A model generated the notes under the pieces. That model searched no databases and was not told the origin of the DNA. It worked only from the letters and a program-made list of their open reading frames with translations. Positions 42,271 to 51,359 of a DNA stretch of 64,000 nt are shown piece after piece; the first letter of the stretch is position 1; the number at the start of each line of letters is the position of its first letter. The DNA lies in the NCBI GenBank assembly GCA_963703555.1, contig CAVPEV010000046.1:11529-75528 (forward strand), in the 5' to 3' direction. This DNA is from an uncultured Actinomycetota bacterium. Lineage in GTDB: Bacteria; Actinomycetota; Actinomycetes; Actinomycetales; Cellulomonadaceae. A program made the translations under genes and the position numbers.

Positions 42271-42870
42271 ATGGCGGGCACCGGCGCACCGTCGCCAGGC
42301 TCGGCGCCGAGCCTGGCGCTCGTCTGGGTGCAGACCCCCGAGGGGGTCATCGGGCAGGCCGGCGCCATCCCCTGGCACGTCCCCGAGGACCTGGCCCGGT
42401 TCCGGGAGCTGACCACCGGTCACGTGGTGGTGATGGGTCGAGCAACCTGGGAGTCGCTGCCCGCGCGGGCGCGACCGCTGCCGGGTCGCGACAACATCGT
42501 GCTGTCCCGCACCCCCGGGTACACCGCGCCGGGCGCCACGGTGGTCGGCAGCCTGGGCGCCGCCCTGGCGGTGGCCGGCGGTCGGGACACCTGGGTGATC
42601 GGTGGCGCCGCGGTGTACGCGGCGACCATCGACAGTGCCGACCGGGTGGAGGTCACGGAGGTCGGGCTGTCGGTGCCGGGTGACGCCCATGCCCCCCGGC
42701 TGGGCACGGTCGGGTGGGAGGTCAGACGGCAGCCGGAGAGCGGCTGGTTCACCTCGGCGCAGGGCACCCCCTACCGGTTCCGGTCGTACCGGCGGGCGCA
42801 CTCTGCGGATCCGGCCGCGATGTCGCCGGTGGGGGCTCCCGGCAGCGGTCGACCGGCTCCTCGGCGGTAG
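42271..42870 (+). CDS. folA: Dihydrofolate reductase
   Basis: LVWVQTPEGVIGQAGAIPWHVPEDLARFRELTTGHVVVMGRATWESLP..PLPGRDNIVLSR..WVIGGAAVY. It has a longer-than-usual C-terminal tail. Confidence 0.9.
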   Translation: MAGTGAPSPGSAPSLALVWVQTPEGVIGQAGAIPWHVPEDLARFRELTTGHVVVMGRATWESLPARARPLPGRDNIVLSRTPGYTAPGATVVGSLGAALAVAGGRDTWVIGGAAVYAATIDSADRVEVTEVGLSVPGDAHAPRLGTVGWEVRRQPESGWFTSAQGTPYRFRSYRRAHSADPAAMSPVGAPGSGRPAPRR

Positions 42871-42880
42871 CGTGGTCCCC

Positions 42881-43807
42881 ATGCCGACGACCCCGGCGCG
42901 CCCGTTCGGCGCGGTCCTCGTGGCGATGGTCACCCCGATGACGCCGTCGGGCGCCGTGGACCTGGCCGCGGCGCGCCGCCTGGCCGCCCACCTCGTGGAC
43001 CAGGGGTGCGACGGGCTGGTCGTCAACGGCACGACGGGCGAGGCCCCGACGACGCACGCGCCGGAGAAGTCCGCCCTGGTGGCGGCGGTCGTCGACGCGG
43101 TCGGGGACCGCGCCCAGGTCCTGGCCGGTGCCGGGTCGAACGACACGGCGCACGCGGTGCGGATGGCCGAGCAAGCGGCCGACGCCGGCGCGCACGGTCT
43201 GCTCGTCGTCACGCCGTACTACTCCAGACCATCCCCGGAAGGCCTGTACCGGCACTTCACCGCCGTCGCCGATGCCACCGACCTGCCCGTGATGCTCTAT
43301 GACGTGCCGGGACGGACCGGGGTCCGCATCCAGCCGGCGACCCTCGACCGGCTGGCCGCGCACCCCCGGATCGTCGCCATGAAGGACGCCACGGGGGACC
43401 TGTACGCCGCGGCGAAGGCCATCCCGCGCACCGGGCTGGCCTGGTACTCCGGGGACGACTCGGCCTACCTCGCGATGCTGGCGCTCGGTGCGTCGGGGGT
43501 GGTCAGCGTCGCGGCACAGGTGGCCGCCGCCGCGTTCGCCGAGCTCACGGCCGCCTTCGACACCGGCGAGGTGGCCCGCGCCCGGGAGATCTTCGTCCGG
43601 ATCATCCCGGCGATCGACGCGGTCAACGGGGCCGGGTTCCAGGCGGTCGCGACGAAGGCAGCGCTCGAGGCGCTCGGTCTGCTCGACGACCGCCAGGTGC
43701 GGTTGCCCCTCGTCGCGGCGACCGCGCAGGAGGCTCGGGCGGTGCGCGCCGGGCTGGTCGCGGCCGGGCTGCTGGACGGTGAGCCGCAGGGCGCCGCACG
43801 CAGCTGA
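42881..43807 (+). CDS. dapA: 4-hydroxy-tetrahydrodipicolinate synthase
   Basis: Motifs VAMVTPM, GLVVNGTTGE, VLAGAGSNDT, LLVVTPYYSRPS, MLYDVPGRTG, IVAMKDATGD. Confidence 0.94.
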   Translation: MPTTPARPFGAVLVAMVTPMTPSGAVDLAAARRLAAHLVDQGCDGLVVNGTTGEAPTTHAPEKSALVAAVVDAVGDRAQVLAGAGSNDTAHAVRMAEQAADAGAHGLLVVTPYYSRPSPEGLYRHFTAVADATDLPVMLYDVPGRTGVRIQPATLDRLAAHPRIVAMKDATGDLYAAAKAIPRTGLAWYSGDDSAYLAMLALGASGVVSVAAQVAAAAFAELTAAFDTGEVARAREIFVRIIPAIDAVNGAGFQAVATKAALEALGLLDDRQVRLPLVAATAQEARAVRAGLVAAGLLDGEPQGAARS

Positions 43808-43884
43808 GCCAGTCCCGGGCGCCCGCACCGTCGAGGACCGACACGCGCGGCCGGCAGGCCGGCGGCACGGGGCTCGGCGCTACC

Positions 43885-46386
43885 GTGGGCACCATGTCGG
43901 CCCGTGCGTCCTCCTCCGGCGGCCGTGCCGCCGCACCGGCGGGACGCGGCGTGCCGACGGCGCGCGGCCGGGCCGCCGCGCAGGCCGCTGCCCGGCCCGC
44001 CCTGCCGCTGCGGATGGTGCGTGGGGCGTGGATGGGCGTCGCCCACCTGGTCGGCGGGACGGCCCGCCGCATCGGGCGCGGCGCCCGGGAGCTCGACCCG
44101 GCGCACCGGCGCGACGGCGTCGCGTTCGCGGTGCTCGCCCTGGCGATCGTCCTGGCCGCCCGGGAGTGGTGGGGGTTGTCCGGGACTGCCGGCACCGTGG
44201 TGCACGACGTGGTCGCGGGCACCTTCGGCAGGGTCGGGCTCGCGCTGCCGGTCGCGCTGCTCGCAGCGGCGATCCGGCTGATGCGCTACCCCGATCGTGG
44301 GCCCGCGAACTCGCGGATGGGGATCGGCGCGGCAGCCATCACCCTGGCCTCCTGCGGGATGGTGCACCTCGCGGCCGGCCGGCCCGACCCGGTGGACGGG
44401 TTCGCTGCGGTCCGCGCGGCCGGCGGGGTGGTCGGCTACCTCGTGGGGACGCCGCTGGAGAGCCTGCTGAGCATCTGGGTGGCCTGGCCGCTGCTGCTGC
44501 TGCTGGCGTTCTTCGGGGTGCTGGTGCTCACGGCCACCCCGGTCCGCCAGATCGGTCCGCGGCTGCGCACGCTGGGTGCCCACGTCACCGGCCACGGCGC
44601 CGACGACGCCGAGGAGCCGGCTCCCGCCCGGACCCGCGGTCGACTGGGCCGCCGCCGAGGCGGCGACCACGGCGCCGACGCGACCCTCCTGCTGGACGCG
44701 TATGCCGGCGACGAGCCGTACGCCGTGCCCGCCGCCGTGGAGCACCCGGCCGTGCCCGGGAGCGACCCGGCTGCCACCGAGCTGCTGCCCGCCGGGGAGA
44801 CCGCGCTGCTGGCACCGCCGACCACCGGGGTGCCGACCGGGGTCCAGCCCATGCTGGAGGGTGCCGGCCTGTACCAGCTGCCCGGGGACGACCTGCTCAC
44901 CAAGGGGGCCCCGCACAAGGTCCGGTCCGCCGCCAACGACCGCGTCGTCGAGGCGCTGAGCAGCGTGCTCCAGCAGTTCGAGATCGATGCGCAGGTCACC
45001 GGGTTCACCCGCGGCCCGACGGTGACCCGCTACGAGGTCGAGCTGGGGCCTGCCGTCAAGGTCGAGCGGGTCACGGCGCTGAGCCGCAACATCGCCTACG
45101 CGGTGGCCAGCGCGGACGTGCGGATCCTGTCGCCGATCCCCGGCCGGTCGGCCATCGGCATCGAGATACCCAACACGGATCGGGAGATCGTGCCGCTCGG
45201 CGACGTGCTGCGCTCCGCCGCGATGCGTCGCACCGACCACCCGCTGGTGATCGCCGTCGGCAAGGACGTCGAGGGCGGCTACGTCACGGCCAACCTGGCC
45301 AAGATGCCCCACCTGCTGGTCGCCGGGGCGACCGGCGCGGGCAAGTCGAGCTTCGTCAACTCCATGATCGTCTCGGTGCTCATGCGTGCCACGCCCGACC
45401 AGGTCCGGATGATCCTCGTCGATCCCAAGCGGGTCGAGCTGACCATCTACGAAGGCATCCCGCACCTGGTCACCCCGATCATCACCAGCCCCAAGAAGGC
45501 CGCCGAGGCGCTGGACTGGGTGGTCCGGGAGATGGAGTCGCGCTACGACGACCTCTCCCTGTTCGGCTTCAAGCACATCGACGACTTCAACGCCGCCGTC
45601 CGTGCGGGCAAGGTCAACCCGCTGCCCGGCTCCCAGCGCACCCTGACCCCCTACCCGTACCTCCTCGTCATCGTGGACGAGCTCGCCGACCTCATGATGG
45701 TCGCCCCACGCGACGTCGAGTCGTCGATCCAACGCATCACACAGTTGGCCCGCGCGGCCGGGATCCACCTGGTGATCGCCACCCAGCGGCCGAGCGTCGA
45801 CGTCGTCACCGGCATCATCAAGGCGAACATCCCGTCGCGGCTGGCCTTCGCCACCAGCTCACTGGCGGACTCGCGCGTGGTGCTCGACCAGCCCGGCGCG
45901 GAGAAGCTCATCGGGCAGGGCGACGCGCTGTTCCTGCCGATGGGCGCGGCGCGCCCGGTGCGCGCGCAGGGCGCCTGGGTGACCGAGTCGGAGATCCACG
46001 CCGTCGTCGCACACGTCAGGACCCAGATGAGACCGGTCTACCGCGACGACGTCGCGCAGATCGTGGCGAAGAAGCAGGTGGACGAGGACATCGGGGACGA
46101 TCTGGACCTGCTGCTGCAGGCGGCCGAGCTGGTGGTCACCACGCAGTTCGGCTCGACGTCGATGCTGCAGCGCAAGCTGCGGGTGGGGTTCGCCAAGGCC
46201 GGCCGCCTGATGGACCTGCTCGAGTCGCGGGAGATCGTCGGGCCGTCGGAGGGCTCCAAGGCCCGGGACGTGCTGGTCTCCCCGGACGACCTGGCCGGGA
46301 CCCTGGCGCTGCTGCGCGGGGACGCCGGCCCGGACGAGCCGGCGGACCGGGAGGACGACGTGCCGGTCCGACCGGGCGTGCGGTGA
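43885..46386 (+). CDS. ftsK: DNA translocase FtsK
   Basis: N-terminal TM helices. Motor domain with HLLVAGATGAGKSSFVNSMI, LLVIVDELADLMM, ATQRPSVDV. C-terminal winged-helix gamma domain LQRKLRVGFAKAGRLMDLLE. Confidence 0.95.
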   Translation: MGTMSARASSSGGRAAAPAGRGVPTARGRAAAQAAARPALPLRMVRGAWMGVAHLVGGTARRIGRGARELDPAHRRDGVAFAVLALAIVLAAREWWGLSGTAGTVVHDVVAGTFGRVGLALPVALLAAAIRLMRYPDRGPANSRMGIGAAAITLASCGMVHLAAGRPDPVDGFAAVRAAGGVVGYLVGTPLESLLSIWVAWPLLLLLAFFGVLVLTATPVRQIGPRLRTLGAHVTGHGADDAEEPAPARTRGRLGRRRGGDHGADATLLLDAYAGDEPYAVPAAVEHPAVPGSDPAATELLPAGETALLAPPTTGVPTGVQPMLEGAGLYQLPGDDLLTKGAPHKVRSAANDRVVEALSSVLQQFEIDAQVTGFTRGPTVTRYEVELGPAVKVERVTALSRNIAYAVASADVRILSPIPGRSAIGIEIPNTDREIVPLGDVLRSAAMRRTDHPLVIAVGKDVEGGYVTANLAKMPHLLVAGATGAGKSSFVNSMIVSVLMRATPDQVRMILVDPKRVELTIYEGIPHLVTPIITSPKKAAEALDWVVREMESRYDDLSLFGFKHIDDFNAAVRAGKVNPLPGSQRTLTPYPYLLVIVDELADLMMVAPRDVESSIQRITQLARAAGIHLVIATQRPSVDVVTGIIKANIPSRLAFATSSLADSRVVLDQPGAEKLIGQGDALFLPMGAARPVRAQGAWVTESEIHAVVAHVRTQMRPVYRDDVAQIVAKKQVDEDIGDDLDLLLQAAELVVTTQFGSTSMLQRKLRVGFAKAGRLMDLLESREIVGPSEGSKARDVLVSPDDLAGTLALLRGDAGPDEPADREDDVPVRPGVR

Positions 46387-48617
46387 GGGGCGCCCTGGCT
46401 GCCGACGACCTCGTGCTGCTGGTTGCGCTGGTCGTCGCCCTGGCCGGGGCTCTCGAGCTGCTCGGTCGGGAACGGCGACGCCGACGCCGTGCCGAGGCAC
46501 AGGCGGTTCGCGACGGCGAGCTGAGCCGACGCTACGCGGCCTGGCAGGCAGCGACGCGTGACGGTGTCCTCGTGCTGTCCGCCACCGGCCGGCTGCTGGA
46601 GGTCAGCCCGCGGGCCGGCGAGATCCTCGGGCTGGATCCCGCAGCGGCGCTCGGTCGACAGGTGGGGGACCTGGGCCTCGTGCTGGCGACGGAGTCGGGT
46701 GCTGAGCTCGACCCGGCGGCGGTGCTGAGCCGCCGCCCGCCGTACGGCCCGGCATCGGCTGCCGATCTGCTGCTCGCGCCGGGCCCGGTGCCTGCTCCGA
46801 CCCCGGAGCTGGTCCGGGTTGCGGGGCCAGGACGGTCGGAGCCGTCCGGGCCGCTCGTCGAGGTCACCACCCGGCTGCTCCCGGGGGGCGAGCCGGGCCG
46901 GGAGGACCTGCTCACGGTGGTGACCGACGTCACCGAGGCCCATCGGGCCGAGGCGGCCCTGCGACTGCGCGAGTCGCAGTTCCGGGTCGCGATGGCCAGC
47001 TCGCCGCTCGGCGTGGCCCTGGCCGGCCCGGACTGGCGGCTGACCGAGGTCAACCAGGCCTTCGCCGACCTCGTCGGCACCGAACCCGACACGTTGCGCG
47101 GCGTGGACCTGGCGGATCTGTCCGTGCCGGAGGACCGGGCGGCCGAACGCGACCAGGCCGCGCTCCTGCTGTCCGGGCGACGGGGTCAGGTGTCCGTCGA
47201 GCAGCGGTTGCTCCGGTCCGACGGCCGGGCGGTGTGGGTCGTCCTGGACGCAGCCGGCGTGGACGGTCCGGACGGGGACCTCCACCACGTGGTGGTCCAG
47301 GTCCGGGAAGGCACCGACACCCGGCTGCAGGCCGAGATGCTGGCCCACCGGGCGATGCACGACCCGCTGACCGGGCTGGCCAACCGCACCTTGCTCCAGG
47401 AGGTGCTGCAGGCAGCGCTCGAGCAGCCCGGCGTCGAGGACCGTACCGCGGTGCTGCTGGTGGACCTGGACGGCTTCAAGGCGGTGAACGACCGCTGGGG
47501 ACACGCAGCCGGGGACGCGGTGCTCGTGCACGTGGCCGGCGTGCTGCGGGTGGCGGTGGCCGGCCGGGGGACGGTGGCGCGGCTGGGAGGTGACGAGTTC
47601 GTCGTGGTGGTCCAGCGGTCTGCCGGCGCGCAGACGGTGTTCGAGATCGCCGGGTCGATCCACAGCGCGCTGGGGGAGCCGGTCCGCGTCGCTGGTCACC
47701 GGGTCGTCGTCGGGGCGTCCATCGGCATCGCCCTGGCCACGGCGAACCTCGCGCGGGCGGGCTCGCCCGCGCTGCTCGCGGCCGCCGACGCGGCCCTGTA
47801 CCGGGCGAAGAGCGCAGGTCGGGACCGGACCGAGGTGTACGACACCGGCACGGACGGCCCGGGCGGGGACCGATCGCTGCTCGACGAGGTGCCCGACGCA
47901 CTGGCCCAGGGGCAGCTCGTCGTCTACTACCAGCCGATCGTCGACCTCGCGGACGGTCGGGTCCGCGGTCACGAGGCGCTGGTCCGCTGGCGGCACCCCC
48001 AGCGCGGACTGCTCCTGCCCGGCGTCGTCCTGCCACTGGTGGAGGAGGCCGGGCTCAGCGTGGAGCTGGGCACGTACGTCGCCGGAGCGGCGGTCGCCTG
48101 GCTCGCCCGCAGCCCCTACCCGGACCGATGGGTCTCGGTCAACGTGTCGGCCGACCAGCTCGGCGACGGCCAGTTCGCCGCACGGCTGCTCGCCGACGTG
48201 GCACGCCACCGGCTGCAGCCCGGGCGGGTCGTGGTCGAGCTCACCGAGAGCTCGCTGGTGGCGGCGGGCACGCGGATCCGCCACGAGCTGACCCAGCTCG
48301 CCGACGCCGGTGTGCCCATCCTGCTGGACGACTTCGGCACCGGCGTGTCCCCGTTGTCCTACCTGCGGGACCTGCCGGTCGGCGGTGTCAAGCTCGACAT
48401 GTCGTTCACCTCGGGGATCCCGGACGACCCGACCGCCGCGCGGGTGACCCGTGCGCTGGGCGCACTGGCCCGTGAGATGACGATGGTCACCATCGCGGAG
48501 GGCATCGAGACGGCGGAGCAAGCCGCGTTCGTGCACCGCAGCGGGTGGCGGTACGGCCAGGGGTGGTTGTTCGGCGAGCCGCAGCCGGACGGCGGCGGCC
48601 GCGAGCACCTGCGCTGA
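46383..48617 (+). CDS. PAS-GGDEF-EAL signalling protein (c-di-GMP turnover)
   Basis: GTG 46383 overlaps the ftsK stop. N-terminal TM segment, PAS-like regions, RLGGDEFVVV (GGDEF), GHEALVRWRHP (EAL), DDFGTG. Confidence 0.88.
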   Translation: MRGALAADDLVLLVALVVALAGALELLGRERRRRRRAEAQAVRDGELSRRYAAWQAATRDGVLVLSATGRLLEVSPRAGEILGLDPAAALGRQVGDLGLVLATESGAELDPAAVLSRRPPYGPASAADLLLAPGPVPAPTPELVRVAGPGRSEPSGPLVEVTTRLLPGGEPGREDLLTVVTDVTEAHRAEAALRLRESQFRVAMASSPLGVALAGPDWRLTEVNQAFADLVGTEPDTLRGVDLADLSVPEDRAAERDQAALLLSGRRGQVSVEQRLLRSDGRAVWVVLDAAGVDGPDGDLHHVVVQVREGTDTRLQAEMLAHRAMHDPLTGLANRTLLQEVLQAALEQPGVEDRTAVLLVDLDGFKAVNDRWGHAAGDAVLVHVAGVLRVAVAGRGTVARLGGDEFVVVVQRSAGAQTVFEIAGSIHSALGEPVRVAGHRVVVGASIGIALATANLARAGSPALLAAADAALYRAKSAGRDRTEVYDTGTDGPGGDRSLLDEVPDALAQGQLVVYYQPIVDLADGRVRGHEALVRWRHPQRGLLLPGVVLPLVEEAGLSVELGTYVAGAAVAWLARSPYPDRWVSVNVSADQLGDGQFAARLLADVARHRLQPGRVVVELTESSLVAAGTRIRHELTQLADAGVPILLDDFGTGVSPLSYLRDLPVGGVKLDMSFTSGIPDDPTAARVTRALGALAREMTMVTIAEGIETAEQAAFVHRSGWRYGQGWLFGEPQPDGGGREHLR

Positions 48618-48654
48618 CCGGGTGCGCGACTCCCGGCTGGCGGTGGTGCTACGG
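48596..48654. repeat. Direct repeat copy A (3' end of the EAL gene plus a degenerate pgsA start)
   Basis: cggccgcgagcacctGcgctgAccgggtgcgcgactcCcggctgGcGgtgg..tgctAcgg. It aligns to copy B with about 5 substitutions in the first 50 nt and one 6-nt indel. Confidence 0.8.
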
Positions 48655-49707
48655 GCGGGTCAGCACCTGCGGCCCGGGGCCTGTGGCTGCGCCGGTCCAC
48701 GGTTGTCGCCGTCCACTGCGCGTCGGAGACGGCGACCGGCCACGCGGGGTCGCCGGGGACGTGGGGTGGACGGTCGGCAGCACCCCGGCGGCCGTCGCCG
48801 GGGGACAGCAGGCCTCGTCCTGGTTCGTCAGCAGGTTGCCCATGCCGTAGGCCACCCACATGCCCTGCCCGCGGGGCCCGCCAGGGACGTGCTCGACGGG
48901 CTGCGGGACCTGTGCGTGGTGGCCGAGCACGACGTCGACCTGGCCGGAATCGGCCAGCGCCGTGACCACGGCACGCTGCCAATCGGTCGGGGTGGACACG
49001 TACTCGGCGCCACCGTGCAGGCTCACCAGGACGAGATCGGCGCCCGCGAGGCGGGCGGTCCGGGCGCGCGCGACGATGGCGGCCGGGTCGGCCAGGTCCA
49101 CCGACCACGGCTTGTCGGCGTCCACCGGCATCCCGTTGGTGCCGTAGGTGAACGCCAGGTGGGCGATCGTGACCGTCCGGCCGGCACGGTGGAACCGGTA
49201 CAGCTGCGGCTGGGCGTCCTCCTGGGGGCTACGCGCAGTCCCGGTGTGACCGAGCCCTGCGGCGTCGAGAGCGTCGAGGGTGGCCGTCACGCCGGCGAAC
49301 CCGCGGTCGACGGCGTGGTTGGAGGCGGTGGAGCAGCCGTCCCATCCCTGAGCCGCCAGCGCCGTGACGATCGCGGGCGGCATGGCGAACACCGGGTACC
49401 CGGATGGTTGCGTACCGGGTGGTGTCGTCGGGGCCTCGACGTGGCACAGGGCCAGGTCCGCGCCCTGTACCCACGCGTCGACGGGAGTCAGCAGCGGGGT
49501 GAAGTCGTAGCCGTCGGCGAAGCGTGCGGACCGGGCGACCGGTGCGTGCACGAGGACCTCGCCCGCAGCCACAATCGTCAGCCCACAGTCCGGCACGGTG
49601 CTGGGCGTGGGTGCAGCCGTCGTTGCCGGGGCGGTTGCCCAGCTCCCCGTCGCGACCACCCCGGCGCCTACCGGTGCCGCGCGCTGCCTCGGCTCGGCCG
49701 CGAGCAC
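48649..49707 (-). pseudogene. CapA-family (poly-gamma-glutamate synthesis / metallophosphatase-like) gene, probably lacking its native N-terminus and frame-disrupted near the 3' end
   Basis: Motifs AAGEVLVH, STASNHAVDRGFAG, LVLVSLHGGAEY, VVLGHHAQVPQP, YGMGNLLTNQ. There is no signal or TM segment at the N-terminus. The start and stop codons both fall inside the flanking repeats. In the last ~40 codons the codon periodicity moves to another frame. Confidence 0.7.
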
Positions 49708-49759
49708 CTACGCTGGCCGGGTGCGCGACTCTCGGCTGACCGTGGCGACGGTGCTCACG
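49695..49759. repeat. Direct repeat copy B (degenerate EAL 3' end plus the functional pgsA start)
   Basis: cggccgcgagcacctAcgctgGccgggtgcgcgactcTcggctgAcCgtggcgacggtgctCacgc. The TGA of copy A is TGG here. Confidence 0.8.
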
Positions 49760-50293
49760 CTCGTCCGGATCGCGTTGGTGCCGGTCTTCGCAGTCGCGCT
49801 GTTCGCCGCGGACGGTCGCAGCGTCGGCTGGCGGCTGGTGGCCACCGCACTGTTCGTCCTCGCCGCGGTCACCGACCGGGTCGACGGTTACGTCGCCCGC
49901 CGGTTCGCCCAGGTCACGGACCTGGGGGTGCTGCTGGACCCGATCGCGGACAAGCTGCTCGTGGGGACCGCGCTGGTCGGCCTGTGGGTGCTGGGTGACC
50001 TGCCGTGGTGGATCACGGTGGTGGTGCTGGCCCGGGAGCTGGGCATCACGGTGCTGCGGATGCGCCTGCTGCGCTACCTGGTGCTGCCGGCGTCCCGCGG
50101 TGGCAAGCTGAAGACCGGCCTGCAGTCCGTGGCGATCGGCCTGTTCCTCCTCCCGCTGGATCACCTGCCGGGTGCGGTCACGGTGCTGGCCTGGGTGGTG
50201 ATGATCGCGGCGGTCGTCGCCACGGTCGTCACGGGTGCCGACTACCTGCGATCCGCCGGGCACATCCGCCGGGCTGCCCGGAGTGGCGCATGA
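49721..50293 (+). CDS. pgsA: CDP-diacylglycerol--glycerol-3-phosphate 3-phosphatidyltransferase
   Basis: GTG 49721 within track ORF 49598..50293. [41 protein letters not shown] is the CDP-alcohol transferase motif. Confidence 0.9.
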   Translation: MRDSRLTVATVLTLVRIALVPVFAVALFAADGRSVGWRLVATALFVLAAVTDRVDGYVARRFAQVTDLGVLLDPIADKLLVGTALVGLWVLGDLPWWITVVVLARELGITVLRMRLLRYLVLPASRGGKLKTGLQSVAIGLFLLPLDHLPGAVTVLAWVVMIAAVVATVVTGADYLRSAGHIRRAARSGA

Positions 50294-50802
50294 GCACGCT
50301 CGCCGGCGCGGCGGTGCTCGACGCGGCCGGGGAGCGCGGGTTGACGCTCGCGGTGGCGGAGTCTCTCACCGGCGGCCTCGTCGTCGCCGCCCTGGTCGAC
50401 GTACCGGGCGCCTCGGCCGTGGTGCGAGGTGCGGTCGTCGCCTATGCGACCGACCTGAAGTCCCGGTTGCTCGGCGTGGACCCGGGCCTGCTCGCCGAGC
50501 GCGGTGCGGTGGACCCGGACGTCGCCATGGCGATGGCGCAGGGTGTGCGGGACCGGCTGGGGGCGGACGTCGGGCTGGCCACCACCGGCGTCGCGGGGCC
50601 CGACCCGCAGGACGGCAAGCCCCCGGGCACAGTGCACGTGGCGGTGGCCGTCGGGGACCACGTCGAGGTCCGCTCCCTGCGGCTCCCGGGCGGGCGTCCC
50701 GAGGTGCGCGCGGGAGCCGTCGAGGCGGTGCTCGCACTGGCCCTGGAGGTCCTCGGCCGCACGGGAACACCGGTTGGGGGCCGTGCGTTGGGACGGTCAT
50801 GA
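50290..50802 (+). CDS. cinA: CinA-family protein (nicotinamide-nucleotide amidohydrolase domain)
   Basis: ATG 50290 within track ORF 50005..50802. [48 protein letters not shown]. Confidence 0.88.
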   Translation: MSTLAGAAVLDAAGERGLTLAVAESLTGGLVVAALVDVPGASAVVRGAVVAYATDLKSRLLGVDPGLLAERGAVDPDVAMAMAQGVRDRLGADVGLATTGVAGPDPQDGKPPGTVHVAVAVGDHVEVRSLRLPGGRPEVRAGAVEAVLALALEVLGRTGTPVGGRALGRS

Positions 50803-50966
50803 CCAGCACTCGACCCCCCGTCCGGACCACCGCGCAGCGGGCGACCGCTGCGAGGTACGGTGGAACATCCCCGGCGAGGGGACGCAGCGCCGTACGTGCG
50901 GTCCGTCCGGTCCGTCCGGGCGCGGTACAGGCAGGAGATCTCGAGCAGCAGAGAGGGGGACGCCGG

Positions 50967-51302
50967 ATGGTCGTGCTACGTCGGGAGATCGGTGACGTGC
51001 TCCGCCTGGTGCGCCAGCGCGAGCGGCGAACCCTGCGCGAGGTGTCCGCCGCGGCGCGGGTCTCCCTGGGCTATCTCAGCGAGGTCGAACGAGGGCAGAA
51101 GGAGGCGTCGTCGGAGCTGCTCGCGAGCATCTGCTCCGCGTTGGACGTCCCGATGTCGGTGGTGCTCCGCGAGGTCAGCGACCGCATCGCGGTCGCGGAA
51201 GGTCTCGTCGTGCCGGACACCATCCCGGCGGACCTGGCGGCCGCGGTCCGCGGCGAGAACCGCCGGGCGCGCACCTGGACGGAGCTGGCGCCTGTCGGGT
51301 GA
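50967..51302 (+). CDS. clgR: XRE-family HTH regulator, ClgR-like
   Basis: ATG 50967 within track ORF 50235..51302. [44 protein letters not shown]. The position after pgsA-cinA matches actinobacterial clgR. Confidence 0.75.
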   Translation: MVVLRREIGDVLRLVRQRERRTLREVSAAARVSLGYLSEVERGQKEASSELLASICSALDVPMSVVLREVSDRIAVAEGLVVPDTIPADLAAAVRGENRRARTWTELAPVG

Positions 51303-51359
51303 GGTATGGCCGCCCCCGGGGCGGCGACCCGGACCGACGGCAGGTCGGACTCCGCCCGG

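Noticed and set aside
43808-43884. RNase J gene missing from its usual place downstream of dapA, while RNase Y is present in the window.
   Set aside because: Absence from one locus says nothing about the genome, since rnj may lie elsewhere. This cannot be evaluated from a 64-kb window.
48622-49998. Plus-strand 458-aa ORF starting VRDSRLAVVLRAG...
   Set aside because: Only its first ~10 codons resemble pgsA, because it starts in direct-repeat copy A. The rest is antisense to the capA-like gene and has no coding character. It is treated as a duplicated-junction relic and is reported under the capA finding.
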